Shown: positions 25,147-41,595, counted from the stretch's first letter. The stretch is DNA of 64,000 nt from Octopus sinensis (GCF_006345805.1 NC_043009.1:22010001-22074000), one strand, 5' to 3'. Notes: a model not told the origin generated them from the sequence alone. A program made the numbers and translations.

Positions 25147-25289
25147 TACACAGAGAGAAAAAAATGCGTGCAGTAACTAACGAACCAACATGGCGATCTG
25201 ATTTCGGCCAGAAGTCAAAGATCAAACATGAGACGCGAGAGCGAAATTAGGGGAGATAATAGGGTTGAGTGACCAGCTTCAACATAAGG

Positions 25290-25640
25290 GTGCGTGTGTG
25301 TGTATGAGAGAGTATTAGTGCGTATGAGAGGTCTGGACGTGTGTATGTATAGGGTTGGTGTGTATTAGTATGTATTAGTATGTATAAGGGTGTGTGTGTG
25401 TGTGTGTGTGTATGAGAGAGTATAAGTGCGTATGAGAGGTCTGGACGTGTGTATGTATAGGGTTGGTGTATGTATTAGTATGTATTAGTACGTATTAGTA
25501 TGTATAAGGGTGTGTGTGTGTGTATGAGAGAGTATTAGTGCGTATGAGAGGTCTGGACGTGTGTATGTATAGGGTTGGTGTATGTATTAGTATGTATTAG
25601 TATGTATTAGTATGTATTAGTTGGTGTATGTATTAGTATG
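25290..25640. repeat. ~110-bp minisatellite x3 in the PLE 3' UTR
   Basis: Repeated gtgcgtatgagaggtctggacgtgtgtatgtatagggttggtg. Confidence 0.85.
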
Positions 25641-27645
25641 GCACATCATATATGATGTGATGTGTAAAGTCGTGTGGTTGTAGTGTGGAGAGAGGAGAAG
25701 AGGGGAGGGGGAGAAGAGGGGGGAGGGGAGGGGGAGGGGAGGGGGAGAAGAGGAGGGGGAGGGGAGGAGGAGGAAGGGGAAAGAGGGAGAGGGGGAGAAG
25801 AAGGGGATGAGGGAGCAGAGGGAAGGGGAAGAGGGAAGGAGGGGAGGGAGAAAGAGGGAAGAAGGGAAGGGGAGTAGGGTGAAAGGATAAGGACTGAAGA
25901 AGTAGGGGTCGGGGGGAAAGGTAGGGTAGGAGGGGGGAGAGGGGGGTTAGATGAGGATGGGGGAGAGTTGAGACCAAATGGCGTATAAGAGCAAAGAGAG
26001 AAGATTAATTCCTGTTCACGGCGCAAACGGGAATCCGGATGGCCTCTGTGTAAGGACAAACCGAACACAGATAGGTGTTGCAAGGAGTGACCGGTGGAGC
26101 GGAAATGGCGAGAGACCGGTGTTGTCGTTCGCAAGGTGGATGTCACGAAGGTGTTCCGCGAACCGGTCAGCCAAGCGGCGTCCCGTTTGTCCGATGTACA
26201 AGGAATGGCAGAGAGAGCAAGAGACGCAATAGATATATTGCTGGAGGTTGCAGGTGAAGGAGGTGGATGATGGGATAGGGTCGATGATGGGTGCTAGTGA
26301 GGAGGGTGGTGTTGGAGAGGTAAGGGCAAGTGCGGCAACGTGGTGCGGAGCAGGGGAACGAGCCGGGTTGGGAGGTAGGGTCAGGGAAGGAGCTATGGAC
26401 CAAAAGGTCTCGAAGGTTGTGGGCTCGTTTGAAAGAGGGGGGGGTCGGTTAGGGAGAAGAGGTGTGAAGTGGACGGGTCGGACTGGAGATGACGGAAAGC
26501 TCGAAGAATGGTGTGCGTTGGAGAGGTAGGGTCGTGGGGTGGTAAGTGAGGGGAAAATGAGGCGGGAGACTACAGGGCGGGTTCGGGGAGAGAGAGCAGA
26601 TACACGGTCCACGGACCGTGCTCTGGCAAGGGCGGGTGTGGATAGTGGTGTGAGGGGGTATCCACGTAGGGTGAAGTGGTGAGCCATACGTTGAGACGGA
26701 GTCTTAAAGTCATGGTCGTCACTACAGAGCCTACGTAGACGGAGGAATTGGAATAGGGGATGGAAAGCTGGGTGTTTTCTGGGTGGGAGAGAGAGAAGTT
26801 GAGGTATGAGTGTGAGTCTGTGGGTTTGTAGTGAATGGAGGTGGTAAGAGTGGAGTGAAGAATGCTAACCGAATGTCGAGGAAGGAGACAGAGGTGTTGA
26901 GATAGTGGAAGTGAAGTGGAGGGCTGGATGGAAAGATTGGCGAAAGAGAGGAAGGAATCTAGATGTTCACGGGAGGAGAGTGAGGTGGCACGATAATGTC
27001 GTCAATGTAACGACCATATAGTTCAGGAGTGGGACCAGTGAAATTAGAGAATATTTGGGCCTCAACATAGCCAACGAACAGGTTCGCATAGTTGGGGCCC
27101 ATTCGCGTTCCCATGGCCACTCCCGAGACCTGATGGTAGAACTCGCCCGCTAACGAGAAGCAGTTCAGAGTAAGGACCAGTTCGGCCAGACGAATGAGTG
27201 TGGAGGTGTCAGGTACAGGGTTGGAGCGGCGGTCAAGAAAGTGTCGAGGGCCTGCAGTCCTTCGTGGTGAGGGATAACAGTATAGAGGCTTTGGATGTCC
27301 ATAGTAAAAAGGATTTTGGAAGAGCCGGGAGGAAAGGAGAAGAGTTGAAAAGCCGGAGAGCATGGTGGTATCGTGGATGTGGGAGGGAAGAGATGCCACT
27401 AGGGGGGCAAGGACACGGTCGAGGTATTTAGAGATGAGCTCCGTGGGGCAGTTACAGGCGGAGACGATGGGGCGGCCAGGGTTGTTGGGTTTGTGGATTT
27501 TGGGGAGGAAGTAAATGGTGGGGGTACGTGGGGTTCGCACAATTAGGTTGGATGCGGTGTGGGGGAGACGGGAGGACGAGATGAGGTCGCGGACAGCAGA
27601 GGATACCGTCAGTTGGTAGATACGTGTGGGGTTAGAGGGCAGAGG

Positions 27646-29285
<1,640 letters not shown>

Positions 29286-29290
29286 TTTTT

Positions 29291-29536
29291 ATCTAGTTTC
29301 AGCTCAGTGCTGCGGCCATGCTGATGCACCGCCGTTTTGTGCTACACTGTTATTACGACGAACTTCGTCTAATATGTGGCACTTGGTGAAGAATTGAATT
29401 TGATATAGATACTCTCATTTGCACCTTGCCGTGAGGTAGGTTCACGGCAAGAGGTGCAAATGAGACGAGTTTCGTCGTAATAAAGGTGTAGCACAAAACG
29501 ACGGTGCAAGCATGCCGCAGCTCTTAGCTTAATCTG
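29291..29536. repeat. Inverted pair of CR1-type 3' tails
   Basis: ~100-bp arms around ggtaggt; each arm reads outward into g(g/a)cggtgc..agcatg(g)ccgcag..ct; left arm has a ~43-bp insert. Confidence 0.8.
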
Positions 29537-29591
29537 GAAAAAAATATATATATATATTTATATATTATACAATCATATATATATATATATG

Positions 29592-29640
29592 GTCCAACCA
29601 TGCTAGCATGGAAAGCGGACGTTAAACGATGATGATGATA
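29592..29640 (+). mobile_element. Short retroelement 3' tail ending in (GAT)n
   Basis: ccaaccatgctagcatggaaagcggacgttaaacgatgatgatga. Confidence 0.5.
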
Positions 29641-29876
29641 TATATATGTATGTTATATATTATATATGTATGTATATACAATATATGTATATGTATGTAT
29701 ATATATATATGTATGCATATATATATATATATATGTATGTATATATAATATATATGTATGTATATACTATATAGATATATATAATATATGTATGTATATA
29801 TATCTATATATATATATATGTATGTCTATATATATATATATATTATATATATTATATATGTATGTATATATATATA

Positions 29877-29907
<31 letters not shown>

Positions 29908-30279
29908 GTATGTATAATAATATGTATGTATATATATATGTATGTATATATATATATGTAGTATATATATATTATATATGTATGCATAATATAATACATA
30001 TAGTTGTAGATATATAGTTGTATGTATATTATATATATATGTATATATATATATGTATATATATATATATGTATGTATATATATATATGTATATATATTT
30101 TGTTATATATATATATATGTATGTATATATATTATATATGTATATAATGTATGTATATTTATGTATGTATATATATATTTATATATATATGTATATATAT
30201 GTATGTATATATATATATATGTATGTATGTATATATATATATGTATGTATATATATATATGTATGTATATATATATATG

Positions 30280-30312
<33 letters not shown>

Positions 30313-30588
30313 GTATGTATATATATGTATATATTATATATATGTATGTATGTATATATATAGTATGTATATATATATATATGTATGTATATATATATAT
30401 ATATGTATGTATATATATTATATATATATATGATATATATATGTATATTATATATATGTATATATATATATATGTAATAATGTTTATATATATAGTATGT
30501 ATATATATGTATGTATAATATGTATGTATATGTATATATATGTATATATATATGTATGTATATACTATATATATATATATATCTATAT
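29641..30588. repeat. (TA)/(TATG) microsatellite field
   Basis: Seen directly. Confidence 0.95.
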
Positions 30589-30777
30589 AATTGATCAAAA
30601 TAAAATAAAAACATGATGCGAAGGATTCAGCGGTACATATGTTCGGGCCTTTATTAGACAGATTATAAAAATGCATAATGCATTATTATGCATTGTTATA
30701 AATCTGTCTAATAAAGGCCGAAACATTATGTACCGCTGAATCCTTCGCATCATGTTTTTATTTTATTTTGATCAATT
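30589..30777. repeat. Near-continuous palindrome (~80-bp arms)
   Basis: aattgatcaaaataaaataaaaacatgatgcgaaggattcagcggtac and its RC. Confidence 0.9.
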
Positions 30778-30849
30778 TACTCCACCACTACACCACCAAA
30801 CAGGTATACACAGGTGCTTATAATTATCAAGTACTCACCCCGAATTTAG

Positions 30850-30881
<32 letters not shown>

Positions 30882-31082
30882 ATTATATAAATATATATAT
30901 ATGTATATATATATATGTATATATATGTATGTATATATGTATGTATATATATGTATGTGTATAATATTATATATATATATAATTATATAATATATATATA
31001 GATATATGTATATATATATGTGTATGTAGATATATATGTATGTATATATATACATATATATATATATATATACATACATACA

Positions 31083-31490
31083 GGTGCAGGAGTGGTTGTG
31101 TGGTAAGTAGCTTGCTTACTGACCACATGGTCCCGGGTTCAGTCCCACTGCGTGACACCTTGGGCAAGTGTCTTCTTCTATAGCCTCGGGTCGACCAAAA
31201 CCTTGAGAGTGGATTTGGTAGATGGAAACTGAAAGAAGCCTGTCGTATATGTATATATATATATATATATATATGTTTGTGTGTCTGTGTTTGTCCTCCC
31301 AGCATCGCTTGACAACCGATGCTGGTGTGTTTACGTCCCCGTAACTTAGCGGTTTGGCAAAAGAGACCGATAGAGTAAGTACTAGGCTTACAAAGAATAA
31401 GCTCTGGGGTCTATTTACTCAACTATAAAGGCGGTGCTCCAGCATGGCCACAGTCAAATGACTGAAACAAGTAAAAGAAAAAAGGAAAAA
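31083..31490 (+). mobile_element. SINE family A, full length
   Basis: Head to tail motifs. Confidence 0.9.
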
Positions 31491-31841
31491 AATATATATA
31501 TATACATACATATATATATGTATATACATACATATATATATGTATATACATACATATATATATATGTATATACATACATATATATATGTATATACATACA
31601 TATATACATGTATATACATACATATATACATGTATATACATATATATATACATGTATATACATACATATATACATGTATATACACATGTATATCCATACA
31701 TATATACGTGTATATACATACATATATACATGTATATACATACATATATACATGTATATACATACATATATACATGTATATACATACATATATACATGTA
31801 TATACATACATGTATACATGTATATATATAAATGTATATAG

Positions 31842-31886
<45 letters not shown>

Positions 31887-31932
31887 TATACATACATATA
31901 AATCCTTAATCCTTAAAATGTTTCAGCCCGAA

Positions 31933-32032
31933 NNNNNNNNNNNNNNNNNNNNNNNNNNNNNNNNNNNNNNNNNNNNNNNNNNNNNNNNNNNNNNNNNNNN
32001 NNNNNNNNNNNNNNNNNNNNNNNNNNNNNNNN
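31933..32032. other. Assembly gap (100 N)
   Basis: Seen directly. Confidence 1.
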
Positions 32033-32700
32033 GTGCAACAGAAATCAACATAGAACTTTACGAAAAGTTCAACACAACAACACACCTTCCCGAAAATACT
32101 ACCTTACATATCTACATACAACCCCAGAAACAAAGAAGCTTTCACCATCATCACCCAGAATTTACAATACTTCATAAAAAACCTCAAATTAAAGGAAATT
32201 CTAAACATACACCAAATCATTAAAGCTACAAACAGCCTAAATCACTTAAAAAGATTCTCACAAAGGCAAAATTGTCTTCTAAAATTACGGATGCAAAAGT
32301 AAAAAAAATGTGGTAGATCGAACTGTGCAACATGTCCTAACCTATTGGAAGGATCAGAATTCTTCTTTAAAGAGGGACAGAAATTCAAGATCAAATCTAA
32401 CTTTACTTGTGCCTCTGAAAACATAATTTATGTCATTAATGCTCGGGCTGCGACCAAGACTACGTGGGGTCCACAGGACTATCACTCAGACGTAGATGCA
32501 CACTGCATCGACAACAGATTGCATTCCCAGAATATAGAATGATACCTTTTAGTGAACACATTGAGAAAACGCAAAGCAACTACAACCACAATTTTTAATC
32601 TTTCCATTTACCAATGTGCTTTCGGATCATCATCACAAATTAGACTAAATAAGGAAACATTCTTCACTGAAAAGTACAAACCCAAACTCAACTATCCGAA
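32033..32700 (+). pseudogene. Penelope-like GIY-YIG remnant, same family as 9294-9915
   Basis: Frameshifted: SNCATCPNLLEGSEF..FTCASENIIYVI..CSGCDQDYVGSTGLSLRRRCTLHRQQIAFPEYRMIPFSEHI..NKETFFTEKYKPKLN. Confidence 0.8.
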
Positions 32701-32856
32701 TTCAATAATACAGAGAAAATTCACACTAAAGGAAAAATTTTTTTAAGCGATTATCTCCCTTACACGGAAGAAATCACTCACTACTTTCCTTATTTAGAAC
32801 TCTCCTTAGCAAAAATACAAGGATTACATTATTAAAAATAAACATTAAGTCACAAG

Positions 32857-32889
32857 AAATTTGAAGAGCTAACTGCGAAACCGGTATTT
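32857..32889 (+). ncRNA. Degenerate minimal hammerhead
   Basis: aaat-UUGAAGA-gc taact gc-GAAA-ccgg-t-attt; same GC..GC GAAA CCGG layout as 8996-9032. Confidence 0.45.
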
Positions 32890-33014
32890 TTTAAAAAATT
32901 ATAAAATTATGTCATTTTAAGGAAAGTAAAAATATTTTTCCAATATTCTCCAGACATTTTGACGCAAATATATAATTTTTAACATTTAAGCCTTCTGTCG
33001 TTTTCACTTTACTA

Positions 33015-35020
<2,006 letters not shown>

Positions 35021-36610
35021 CTTTTACTCTTTTACTTGTTTCAGCCATCCGGCTGAGGCCATGGGGCACCGCCCTTGTTGCTACCCTCTCCAAGTCCAGT
35101 TTGCCGTGGTTGGCCACTGATCCAAGAGAGAGTTTGTAGCTGCTGCCCTTAGGTTTACCTTCGTACCTTGCAGTGGGTTCATCTGGGATCCCGGAAAGCA
35201 GCTTGTCTAGATGTTTTTTGAAAATGTCCACATCCGCATCATGTAGATCTCTTAGTTTTCTTGGCAGTTTGTTGAACAGCTGAGGGCCCCTGAACCCAGG
35301 CTATTACAGTATCTGCTCCTTACCCTGGATGTGGAAGACGGGACCTTTGGCACCACACAGTGACGTCCTGTACGGGGTTTGGAACAGCTCTCAATTCAAA
35401 ATTTGGTGCTAGTCCCTCCAGGATTTTCCATATGTATATCACTGCATATCTCTCTCGTCTTCGTTCCAAGGAGTACAAATTGAGTCCCTAAGCCTCTCCC
35501 AATAGTTCTTTTCTTTCATGGTGGAAATCCTCTTGGTGAAATGTCTTTGGATTGTCTCAAGCTCTGTGGTTAGTTTGACACTATGCGGTGACCACAGTTG
35601 GGAGCAGTAGTCCAGGCGGCTTAGGACAAATGTCCTCCATAGTGTCAACATGGTCTCGCAGTCTCTTGTCCGGAATGTCCTCAGGATCCAGCCAGTGAGT
35701 CGTCTGCACATTGTCGCCACCTTCGCGATGTGTGAAGAAAAAGATGCATCGTCACTCATGTCTATCCCCAGGTCCCGTATTGATTTCGATACTGGGATTT
35801 CGATCCCTCCTGGACCAGTATAGTTGTGTTGTAATGTATATGTGTTTACAGCTTGATATTGTAAGGCTTGAAATTTACCAGCATTAAATTGCATGTTGTT
35901 GTCTTTAGCCCATTTGTATATGGCATCCAGATCTTGTTGTAAAAGGTCAGCATCAGCTGGGTTTTTGATTGCCTGTGCTACCTTTGTGTCATCAGCATAG
36001 CTAGTGAGGGATGTTGTTTGTGCTACCAAGGGCATGTCAGAGAGCGCCACCAAAAACAGCAAGGGTCCCAAGACTGTGCCCTGTGGCACCCCGCTTGCTA
36101 TTGGTGTCTTTCCCGAGAGGGCTCCATTGGCTGCAACCATCTGGCTTCTGTCCTTCAGGAAGTCATGTATCCACTCACCTACTTTTCCTGTTATGCCGAG
36201 TCTGAGTAATTTGTGACATATCACTCCGTGGTCGACTTTGTCAAAGGCCTTCGCAAAGTCGAGATATACCACATCCACCTGTGAGCGATCCAGTAGTTGT
36301 TTCAGTACCCAGTCGTAGTGTTGTAACAGCTGCGTAAGGCAGCTTCTTCCTGGGCGAAAGCCATGCTGTGTGTCAGTGAGACGGTTAGTTTCTTCGAGGA
36401 ACGTGATCAGTTTTTTTCTGATGATTCGTTCCATGACCTTACTTATGTGTGACGTCAGGGAGACTGGCCTGTAGTTTTTGGCCTCTGCTCTACTCCCTCC
36501 TTTGTGGATAGGGCATATGGTGCCTTCTTTTAGCGCCCTGGGCAGTTTACCGTTAGCCAAGTAACCACTGAAGAGCTTCTTCAGTGTCCCGCTAGGGCAT
36601 GCCTGCATGT
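35021..36610 (-). mobile_element. 5'-truncated CR1-group LINE with intact RT core (ORF 35439-36623)
   Basis: [51 protein letters not shown]; frameshift near 35480; hairpin tail and (gagtaaaa)n. Confidence 0.95.
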
Positions 36611-36644
36611 TTTTTTTATACATATATATATATAATATAAAATA

Positions 36645-36690
<46 letters not shown>

Positions 36691-36696
36691 AATATG

Positions 36697-36744
<48 letters not shown>

Positions 36745-36746
36745 TG

Positions 36747-36800
<54 letters not shown>

Positions 36801-36812
36801 TATATAAATATA

Positions 36813-36844
<32 letters not shown>

Positions 36845-36850
36845 AATATA

Positions 36851-36913
<63 letters not shown>

Positions 36914-36929
36914 ATATATAAATATATAT

Positions 36930-36984
<55 letters not shown>

Positions 36985-37124
36985 TATATATGAATATATA
37001 TATTATATATATAATTATATATATAATATATGTAAATATTATATATATATATATGTAAAATATATAAATAATATAATATATAATAAATATATATATTATA
37101 TTATATATATATATTATATATATA

Positions 37125-37208
<84 letters not shown>

Positions 37209-37220
37209 AATATATATTAT

Positions 37221-39025
37221 ACTAAAGGAACAGTATAAAAGTGTGTTCACATCCCCTCTGGGGCACATGCAAATCACAAACCAGAAGTTTTCTTTGATGC
37301 CACAACACTCCAAAACCAAACAACAACCATCGACCACATAGACATAACAGAGAGGGATGTAATATCTGCCATAGTAGAAATGAGAATAACTCAGCTGCTG
37401 GACCAGATGGATCCCAGCAGTCCTCCAAAACATGCAGGCATGCCCTAGCGGGACCACTGAAGAAGATCTTCAGTGGTTCCTTGGCTAACGGTAAAACTGC
37501 CCAGGGCGCTAAAAGAAGGCACCATATGCCCTATCCACAAAGGAGGGAGTAGAGCAGAGGCCAAAAACTACAGGCCAGTCTCCCTGACATCACACATAAG
37601 TAAGGTCATGGAACGAATCATCAGAAAAAAACTGATCCCGTTCCTCGAAGAAACTAATCGTCTCACTGACACACAGCATGGCTTTCGCCCAGGAAGAAGC
37701 TGCCTTACGCAGCTGTTACAACACTACGACTGGGTACTGAAACAACTACTGGATCGCTCACAGGTGGATGTGGTATATCTCGACTTTGCGAAGGCCTTTG
37801 ACAAAGTCGACCACGGAGTGATATGTCACAAATTACTCAGACTCGGCATAACAGGAAAAGTAGGTGAGTGGATACATGACTTCCTGAAGGACAGAAGCCA
37901 GATGGTTGCAGCCAATGGAGCCCTCTCGGGAGAAGACACCAATAGCAAGCGGGGTGCCACAGGGCACAGTCTTGGGACCCTTGCTGTTTTTGGTGGCGCC
38001 CTCTGACATGCCCTTGGTAGCACAAACACATCCCTCACTAGCTATGCTGATGACACAAAGGTAGCACAGGCAATCAAAAACCCAGCTGATGCTGACCTTT
38101 TACAACAAGATCTGGATGCCATATACAAATGGGCTGAAGACAACAACATGCAATTAATGCTGGTAAATTTCAAGCCTTACAATATCAAGCTGTAAACACA
38201 TATACATTACAACACAACTATACGGTCCAGGAGGGATCGAAATCCCAGTATCGAAATCAATACGGGACCTGGGGATAGACATGAGTGACGATGCATCTTT
38301 TTCTTCACACATCGCGAAGGTGGCGACAATGTGCAGACGACTCACTGGCTGGATCCTGAGGACATTCCGGACAAGAGACTGCGAGACCATGTTGACACTA
38401 TGGAGGACATTTGTCCTAAGCCGCCTGGACTACTGCTCCCAACTGTGGTCACCGCATAGTGTCAAACTAACCACAGAGCTTGAGACAATCCAAAGACATT
38501 TCACCAAGAGGATTTCCACCATGAAAGAAAAGAACTATTGGGAGAGGCTTAGGGAACTCAATTTGAACTCCTTGGAACGAAGACGAGAGAGATATGCAGT
38601 GATATACATATGGAAAATCCTGGAGGGACTGGCACCAAATTTTGGAATTGAGAGCTGTTCCAATCCCCGTACAGGACGTCACTGTGTGGTGCCAAAGGTC
38701 CCGTCTTCCACATCCAGGGTAAGGAGCAGATACTGTAATAGCCTGGGGTTCAGGGGCCCTCAGCTGTTCAACAACTGCAAGAAAACTAAGAGATCTACAT
38801 GATGCGGATGTGGACATTTTCAAAAAACATCTAGACAAGCTGCTTCCGGGATCCCAGATGAACCCACTGCAAGGTGCGAAGGTAACCTAAGGGCAGCAGC
38901 TACAAACTCTCTCTTAGATCAGTGGCCAGCCACGGCAAACTGGACTTAGAGAGGGTAGCAACAAGGGCGGTGCCCCAACATGGCCTCAGCCGGATGGCTG
39001 AATGAAACAAGTAAAAGAGTAAAGA

Positions 39026-39027
<2 letters not shown>
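37221..39027 (+). mobile_element. 5'-truncated CR1-group LINE, inverted near-twin of 35021-36610
   Basis: Same RT motifs with several 1-bp indels; extends ~210 bp further 5' (SVFT..AGPDG). Confidence 0.95.
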
Positions 39028-39082
<55 letters not shown>

Positions 39083-39607
39083 GATGTTTCGCTTGTCGTA
39101 GCACAAGTTTTCGTCGTCGATTTCCGTATGTCTGGGGAGAGTCATACTGCCTTGATATATGTTTGTGTGTGTGTGTTCATACATGTGTAGATTTAGATAT
39201 AGATAGATGGATGGATGGATGAAGAAATTGAAAGTTATATCAATGAAAAGACTAAAAATATAAACAGATAAATGCATACATACATATATGTAAACACACA
39301 CACGTACACATACATACATTGATTGATTTTACGAGAGACATGTAGAACTAAATGAAGTTTACAAAGTAAGCGTGACAGAGACACGGGAAGAAAGAAATGA
39401 AAGAAAAAAGGAAAAAGAGAGAGAGAGAAAGAAATGAAATAAAAAAGGGGAAAAACGCGAGAGAGAAAGAAATGAAAGAAAAAAGGGAAAAAACGAGAGA
39501 GAGAGAGAGAAAGAAATGAAAGAAAAGAAAAGCGAAATGAAAGAAAGGAATGAAAAACAAGAATGAGAGAGAAAACAAACGAAAGATATATAAAGTTTAC
39601 AACTTAC

Positions 39608-39698
39608 CTTTCAGTTCTGCTGTGAAATTTGTTGAAGATTCCGCGTAAATTAAACAGAGAGATATCTGTAGTAAATACCACCAGCGATACGATAGCAT
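39608..39698 (-). CDS. Candidate first coding exon of a secreted or membrane host protein (signal peptide)
   Basis: gagaaaATG (A at -3), MLSYRWWYLLQISLCLIYAESSTNFTAELK, then AAAG|GTAAGT consensus donor in phase 1; non-repetitive context. Confidence 0.55.
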
Positions 39699-39969
39699 TT
39701 TCTCACGGCTCTTTCATTCAGTGGCACAACATAGACTGCAGCTGGTAGCTTACAAGTTCACAAGTTTCTCTGAACTGTCAATGAGTGTGTATGGAAGTGT
39801 GCGTGTGTCTTCGTGTATGTATGTGTGAGTGTATGTGTGTGCGCTTGTTTCTGTATGTGTGCGTGCACATCTGCCCTGCCTTTTTGCCTCTAGTGCGTGG
39901 AGTGTGTACATGTGACTGTATAAGTTTTCGTAGATTATGTGTACGCGTGTGTATTACATCTATCTATCT

Positions 39970-40044
<75 letters not shown>

Positions 40045-40067
40045 GCCAATCTCTCTCTCACTCTCTG

Positions 40068-40156
<89 letters not shown>

Positions 40157-40423
40157 GTAGTTATAACTTTGTCCCTCTTAGTGTGAGGCATTTATGTGTA
40201 ATAATGCCCTCTATACAATATAGATATAATTAATTTGTTCAAAAGAAAAAAATTATTTTCGAATTCTTTTCTTTTATGAGGTTTTCACGCTAACTACCCG
40301 ATAATTTCTTGTTAAGATTCCTTATTAAGAGGTTATCCTCAATTGTTAAACTTATATATATATATATATATCTATATATATATATATGATGAAACAAGTT
40401 AAAAGAATATATATATACATATA

Positions 40424-40492
<69 letters not shown>

Positions 40493-40624
40493 GGTATGTA
40501 GAAAAATACAACATGGACAAGAACGTATAACTCATAGAAGACGATACAATAAACATGGACAGGACATTCGAACCCCTCAGTCTTCAGTCAAGAACCGGAT
40601 CATCGTAGTAATTTCGGCTGATTA

Positions 40625-41245
40625 TAGTAAATAAATGGCACAACTAAGTACCGATATTTACTGGAAATACATACGTGGTGAAGCTACACATTAGCGTCGT
40701 ATTTTTACGTTCGCTATTTCCAGTAAATATCGGTACTTAGTTGTGCCATTTATTTACTAATTTGTGTATTTTTCCCTCACGGGCTACTTTTTACTGGAAG
40801 GCAATACTTTGTATTGCATTACTGATATTTTGAAACTTCTTCACCGTTTCTCGTACTGTTAGCGTTCCGTATTTCAGTCGGGTGTGTGATTAATGTGTGG
40901 TAACATCGTAGATTCGTCTTGGTATATGTTTGGCTGAAGAAGGTAAAGCAAAATATGGGTGAGAGATATCTTGCAAAACCTGAAACCTGCAGGTACCACA
41001 TTATCCATTTTCCGGTGTTTCATCTTTCAGATGTTCTCCCTGGAGGTACGACGTTTTTTTCTCTATTTTGTTGCACACACGCATTTTTGCTATACATACG
41101 CGGTGAAGCTACACATTAGCGTCGTATTTTTACGTTCGCTATTTCCAGTAAATATCGGTACTTAGTTGTGCCATTTATTTACTAATTGTGTATTTTTCCC
41201 TCACGAGCTACTTTTTACTGGAAGGGCAATAATTTGTATGCATTA

Positions 41246-41252
<7 letters not shown>
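40625..41252 (+). mobile_element. Hammerhead-bearing 425-bp unit with partial tandem copy and 45-bp inverted 5' extension (PLE-repeat or retrozyme-like)
   Basis: 40670-40828 repeats at 41095-41252; 40625-40669 is the perfect RC of 40715-40759. Confidence 0.65.
40926..41001 (+). ncRNA. Type I hammerhead ribozyme, intact core
   Basis: tgg-CUGAAGA(40934-40940)-aggt..acct-GAAA(40982-40985)-cctgcagg-UA(cleavage after 40995)-cca; helix II extended by gcaa.atat/atat.ttgc. Confidence 0.75.
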
Positions 41253-41344
<92 letters not shown>

Positions 41345-41348
41345 TATA

Positions 41349-41393
<45 letters not shown>

Positions 41394-41412
41394 TAATATT
41401 ATATATATATAT

Positions 41413-41595
41413 ATTCTTTTACTGTTTCACTCATTTGACTGCGGCCATGCTGGAGCACTGCTCCAACGGGTTATAGTCGAAGAAATCGACCTCCGGGACT
41501 TATTCTTTGTAAGCCTACTACTTATTCTGTCGGCCTCTTTTTGCCGAACCGCTAAGTTACGGGGCCATAAACACACCAGCATCAGTTGCCAAGCG
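41413..41595 (-). mobile_element. SINE family A, 3' half
   Basis: Tail and body motifs. Confidence 0.75.

Larger units (their letters stand above)
25011..27645 (-). mobile_element. 5'-truncated Penelope-like retroelement (Neptune-like), frameshifted RT + GIY-YIG with 3' UTR
   Basis: [69 protein letters not shown], Cys linker CSAPRCRTCP, YCVSCSLCHSLYIGQTGRRLADRFAEH. Confidence 0.93.

Noticed and set aside
36004-38838. Short ORFs antisense or off-frame to the CR1 RT (also 51220-51752 over the Helitron)
   Set aside because: Shadows of the real TE ORFs
39081-39125. RC cgacga-aaa-cttgt..acaagc-gaaa
   Set aside because: Core and helix I too degenerate
40500-40624. RC ctgaaga..gttcgaat in a PLE-like terminal fragment
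   Set aside because: GAAA incomplete and helix II weak
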